Shown here: piece after piece, positions 47,312-50,805 of the stretch
Layout: the number at the start of each line of letters is the position of its first letter
Position numbering within the stretch: position 1 is the first letter of the stretch
Virus record (IMG/VR): IMGVR_UViG_3300032243_002043
Coordinates: 1-50,805 of that record
DNA: 50,805 nt
Source: a virus
Lineage: Duplodnaviria; Caudoviricetes
Strand: one strand, 5' to 3'
Notes under the pieces: model-generated
Told to the model about the DNA's origin: nothing
The model's input: the letters and a program-made list of their open reading frames with translations, nothing else
Databases searched by the model: none
Translations under genes and position numbers: made by a program

Positions 47312-49108
47312 ATGAGCGCTATAATTAGATCTCAAGATATAGCTAAATGGGTTAAAAAAGCTCAAGAAGCAGAACTCGCACAAACTGCAAAGGCAGCTGA
47401 TTGGAGCAGTTGGGCCTATTCTGCAACAGTAGCTACGTATGCAAATCAAAGTGGTACTTCTGATTATGCGTCATATGCAGATTTTGCTGAAAGTGCAAGA
47501 AAATTAGTTAATGCAAATAATACTGCTTATTTATATTTTGTTGGTAGTGATTTATATTTAAGTGCTGAAGGTATAAACATTGGCGGTGTAATTTATAGAC
47601 CAACGAATATTACTATCACAGAAAGCGATGTTACTGTTCCTCCCAATTCAAATAAAGCAAATATAACTAATTTTAGCACAACATTAAATTTACTCGTAGG
47701 GAATAATAATAATGATTATGTTTTTGATTTAACATTACCCGAAGATTTTATAAATTTTGTAAAAGATGATATCAAGAAATATCCTGATACTGTTTTTTGG
47801 GATAAATTTATTCCTAATTTAAATATTTTTTGGGATAAAAAATATCTAGAAATAAAAAGCTTAATAGATAAATTCGGTGATCATGAAAATATTACTGTAG
47901 GTGGAGTTGATTTTTATGCTAAACCACTTTTTGGAAAATTATGGGCTTTATCAAATGATGATCTTAATTGGTCTCGTTTTTTTGAATCTATTAGCATAGA
48001 TGGAATTAAAATAGGAGGAGAAATATATAAACCAACATCATTTGGGAAAACTGGGGTTAAAGTATTAGCTACTGGTTCATTTTCTAGTATCAAAGGAGAT
48101 CGAGGTGATCCTGGTCCAGCTGGTGCTCCTGGAGTATTACAAGGTATTGGACCAAGTGGGCCTAGTGGACCAAGTGGACCAAGTGGACCAAGTGGACCTC
48201 CTGGACCAAGTGGGCCTAGTGGACCTAGTGGGCCAAGCGGTCCTACAGGACCTGGATATTATGTTTTAAGAATTGTAAATGGAGCTACTGGTCCTTCTGG
48301 AGAAAAAGGCCCAAGTGGAAAATCTGGCCCAAGTGGTCCAAGTGGAGTTAGCGGACCAAGCGGTCCAAGTGGAGCTAGTGGTCCAACAGGGCCTGGGTAT
48401 TATGTTTTAAGAGTTTTACCTTGCACGCCTATTACTGGTCCTTCTGGAGTAAAAGGCCCAAGTGGAGAATCTGGGCCTAGTGGTCCAAGTGGAGTTAGCG
48501 GACCAAGCGGTCCAAGTGGAGCTAGTGGTCCAACAGGGCCTGGGTATTATGTTTTAAGAGTTTTACCTTGCACGTCTATATCTGGCCCGAGTGGATCTCC
48601 TGGCAGTACTGGACCTAGTGGAGATGTTGGTCCTACTGGACCAAATGGAGTAAGTGGTCCAAGTGGCCCCACTGGTCCAAGTGGTCCTAGTGGTCCTGTT
48701 GGTCCTACTGGTATGAGTGGGGCAGACGCAATTGGATACGTTTGTACAGCTGGAACTGCGGGAAGTCCTGGTCCAATCGGTCCAAGTGGTCCTAGAGGAC
48801 CAACTGGAATTGCAGTAAGTGGTCCTCAAGGCGCGCAAGGTCCTCCTGGTTCTCCAGGAGTCCAAGGCCCAAGTGGAGCAATTGGTCCAAGTGGGCCCAC
48901 TGGTCCAAATGGAGCTAGTGGTCCAACCGGCCCAAGTGGTCCTAGTGGTCCAAGCGGCCCAAGTGGTCCTCAAGGCGCTGCAGGGTGTGTTACTTGTTCT
49001 GGAGGAACAGTTACGATAAATGGAAAATCATGTATTTCTACATCTGTTTCTGCTTGTAATAGTAGTAACGGAGTAATTTCTGTCTATTCAATATTAACCT
49101 GTTCTTAA
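47312..49108 (+). CDS. collagen-like fibre protein (Gly-Pro-Ser/Thr repeats)
   Basis: Long G-X-Y runs from about 48090 to 48985, broken by short hydrophobic/Cys linkers. A-x-x-A stalk repeats at the N-terminus. Confidence 0.85.
   Translation: MSAIIRSQDIAKWVKKAQEAELAQTAKAADWSSWAYSATVATYANQSGTSDYASYADFAESARKLVNANNTAYLYFVGSDLYLSAEGINIGGVIYRPTNITITESDVTVPPNSNKANITNFSTTLNLLVGNNNNDYVFDLTLPEDFINFVKDDIKKYPDTVFWDKFIPNLNIFWDKKYLEIKSLIDKFGDHENITVGGVDFYAKPLFGKLWALSNDDLNWSRFFESISIDGIKIGGEIYKPTSFGKTGVKVLATGSFSSIKGDRGDPGPAGAPGVLQGIGPSGPSGPSGPSGPSGPPGPSGPSGPSGPSGPTGPGYYVLRIVNGATGPSGEKGPSGKSGPSGPSGVSGPSGPSGASGPTGPGYYVLRVLPCTPITGPSGVKGPSGESGPSGPSGVSGPSGPSGASGPTGPGYYVLRVLPCTSISGPSGSPGSTGPSGDVGPTGPNGVSGPSGPTGPSGPSGPVGPTGMSGADAIGYVCTAGTAGSPGPIGPSGPRGPTGIAVSGPQGAQGPPGSPGVQGPSGAIGPSGPTGPNGASGPTGPSGPSGPSGPSGPQGAAGCVTCSGGTVTINGKSCISTSVSACNSSNGVISVYSILTCS
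48332..48574 (+). repeat. 96-bp exact direct repeat within a 147-bp-period tandem duplication in the collagen gene
   Basis: 48332-48427 is identical to 48479-48574 by inspection. A third, diverged GPGYYVLR copy lies at about 48248. Confidence 0.85.
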
Positions 49109-49114
49109 TCAAAA

Positions 49115-50805
49115 ATGATTAACAATAGAAATCAAGATTTATCATCAAATTGGGTCCAATACGCTTCAGGAGTAGATACAGCAACCGGTGCTTTGTATTC
49201 ATTTAAGTCTGATGCTGCATATTCTGCCTTATCTGTCAACAAATCTCTCAAATCAAGAGCAAGCGATTTCGCTATAACCGGAATGATTGTAGGAACTGGA
49301 GTTTATTTAGAATCTGAGCACTTTTATTCTGTGCCGACTGGAAGAAGCAGTTATTTCAATCCAACCGGCTTCAACGAAAATTTAATAAAAACAGATTTTG
49401 ACAGTTCGGCTGTATATTATGAATCTGGCAAATCAGAAAATCCAAAATGGAAACAAGTCGCAGGTCAATCAAAATATTTTGATGATGATTATCTTGTTTT
49501 TTCTCAAGTAAATAATTTTATTTTTAATGGAAACAAATACCCAGTATTAGTTGTAGAAGGCCAATCGCCAAATAATTCTACTCAAGAATCATACGATGAT
49601 AAGGGGCAAAGAATTGTTCGTGGTGGAATTGACGTCAATTATCATTTAACTGAAACAAAGGATTCAATATTAAGTTATTATAATTATCAACTTAAAAAAG
49701 TTGGTTATGATCCAGTACCTCCAATAGATCCAAAAAAAATAATTTGGAATCCATCTAGCAATTCTTTGAGTGATTTTGAAAAAATCTTGGGAGGTTTTAA
49801 AGATTTAGAGAAAGAATCAATACCTGTATTTGGCATGTCAAACGGTCCATTTGATATAAGCTCTGATTTATTAAAATTTGAAAAAAAATACTTAAAGCAA
49901 TTAGATCCATTATTTGATATAATTTACAAATCATGTTTGTCATGGTTACAAATAAAAATAAATGAAATATTAAAACAGTATGATTCTGAATTTGACTATT
50001 TAATCTCTACTAAAGGAGCTTTTATCTTCGCTTCTTATGAAGAAATTTTTGGAACATGGATTTTACTAGGAGATGATTATATGCCTAAAGATTTAGCGCA
50101 TGTTGATGTAAGCTCCGGAATTGCTACTGATGAATGGAACACTGATCCAGCTGGAAATAGAACTGAAAGAAAAATTTTATATACTAGAAGACAAAATTTA
50201 CTAGATAAAAATGCAATTGCATTTGAATTTTCTGAAGCTGATTTTGATTTTTTAAGAATTTCAGATTCTTTATTTTGGCCAGTAGAAGGTCCATCTGATG
50301 ATACAATTTGCAGATATAAAAATTCAATAAGCACAATTCAAATTGATTGTGATCCATTTTCTATTGCTGGAAAAATTAATTCAAAGATTGATTCTGCTGC
50401 ATGGTTTATACCACCAGCACTAAATTTATTATTTGATTTTACATCCCCAGATAAACCTGGAAAAATTTTAGGAGATAAAAGTTTAAACACTTTTGATGCC
50501 GTAAAAGAAATGCTGGGTGATCAAGGAGAACCTGGACCGACAGGCGGTCAATATGCTTCTTTAAATTATTGGTCGGGATCAAAAGGTCCATCTGGACGAC
50601 CAGGAGGAATGAGCGGTCCTAGTGGCGAATCAGGAAATTACGGGTGGGTATGGGCTATTGAATATATACTTGGTTTCCCAGTATCCAATAAAACCGCTCC
50701 AGGTGGACCCACTGGACCTAGTGGTCCTGCTCCTTTATACTTTGATAATAGTCCTGTTGATGCATACTGGACTACTGTAAACGAAAACTCAATAAGTTTA
50801 GATGA
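49115..50805 (+). CDS. second collagen-containing fibre protein, truncated by the window end (absent from ORF track)
   Basis: ATG 49115 with no in-frame stop to 50805 on manual translation. N-terminus MINNRNQDLSSNWV..AYSA..SDFA parallels 47312. G-X-Y patches ([29 protein letters not shown]) lie near the end. Confidence 0.85.
   Translation, partial: MINNRNQDLSSNWVQYASGVDTATGALYSFKSDAAYSALSVNKSLKSRASDFAITGMIVGTGVYLESEHFYSVPTGRSSYFNPTGFNENLIKTDFDSSAVYYESGKSENPKWKQVAGQSKYFDDDYLVFSQVNNFIFNGNKYPVLVVEGQSPNNSTQESYDDKGQRIVRGGIDVNYHLTETKDSILSYYNYQLKKVGYDPVPPIDPKKIIWNPSSNSLSDFEKILGGFKDLEKESIPVFGMSNGPFDISSDLLKFEKKYLKQLDPLFDIIYKSCLSWLQIKINEILKQYDSEFDYLISTKGAFIFASYEEIFGTWILLGDDYMPKDLAHVDVSSGIATDEWNTDPAGNRTERKILYTRRQNLLDKNAIAFEFSEADFDFLRISDSLFWPVEGPSDDTICRYKNSISTIQIDCDPFSIAGKINSKIDSAAWFIPPALNLLFDFTSPDKPGKILGDKSLNTFDAVKEMLGDQGEPGPTGGQYASLNYWSGSKGPSGRPGGMSGPSGESGNYGWVWAIEYILGFPVSNKTAPGGPTGPSGPAPLYFDNSPVDAYWTTVNENSISLD

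Noticed and set aside
1710-47592. GTGTAAT copies at 1710, 10367 and 47586
   Set aside because: They lie inside coding sequence with no suitably placed downstream start, so they are treated as background. They show the heptamer alone is not sufficient evidence.
48140-48970. CRISPR-like or satellite repeat array
   Set aside because: The repeats are 9-bp-periodic Gly-Pro-Ser codons inside a CDS, with no unique spacers.
48563-49019. ORFs 48563..48973 (-) and 48819..49019 (+)
   Set aside because: Shadow frames of the GGN-CCN-AGT collagen repeat, with no independent start signals.
3567-50334. Short minus-strand ORFs in the track (e.g. 3567, 8368, 11723, 20250, 25807, 29147, 37923, 50077) and + ORF 20489
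   Set aside because: They lie wholly or almost wholly within long, well-supported + strand genes, and their sequences look like antisense or off-frame shadows.
1-50805. Stop-codon reassignment, tRNA genes, integrase/transposase, reverse transcriptase (DGR), tail sheath
   Set aside because: Genes are intact and tightly packed under the standard code. Intergenic gaps are mostly too short for RNA genes, and no such protein motifs were recognised in this window.

Overview
A strongly AT-rich, densely coding segment of a large tailed dsDNA phage (Caudoviricetes), almost entirely on the + strand, covering the late/morphogenesis region. In order it holds: five paralogous GT-A/GT8-like (DUF6734-like) glycosyltransferase genes; lectin-like and beta-helix virion proteins; a zinc-ribbon gene and a phage sigma70-family factor with a Cys-rich insertion; an ERCC4-type nuclease coupled to the large terminase; the portal; a lysis cassette (holin, lipoprotein, spanin pair, muramidase) with its own consensus sigma70 promoter; prohead protease/scaffold, decoration protein and major capsid; neck genes, tail tube and chaperones; a 2300-aa tape measure protein; tail-tip proteins; an FG-GAP-repeat adhesin; and two paralogous collagen-like fibres, the second running off the window and missing from the ORF track. 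No sheath gene is recognisable, which suggests a siphovirus-like tail. Lipoprotein/spanin genes imply a diderm host, and one inserted domain hints at Verrucomicrobia. The main leads are: (1) a candidate virion-glycosylation system (5 GTs plus Ser/Thr-Gly-saturated tail proteins and Gly-Pro-Ser collagen); (2) a tape measure protein partitioned by four GFIPNF repeats around a PD-(D/E)XK-like cargo domain; (3) a phage sigma factor with a candidate GTGTAAT late promoter found upstream of most morphogenesis operons. All family calls come from motif recognition by eye; no database search was run.
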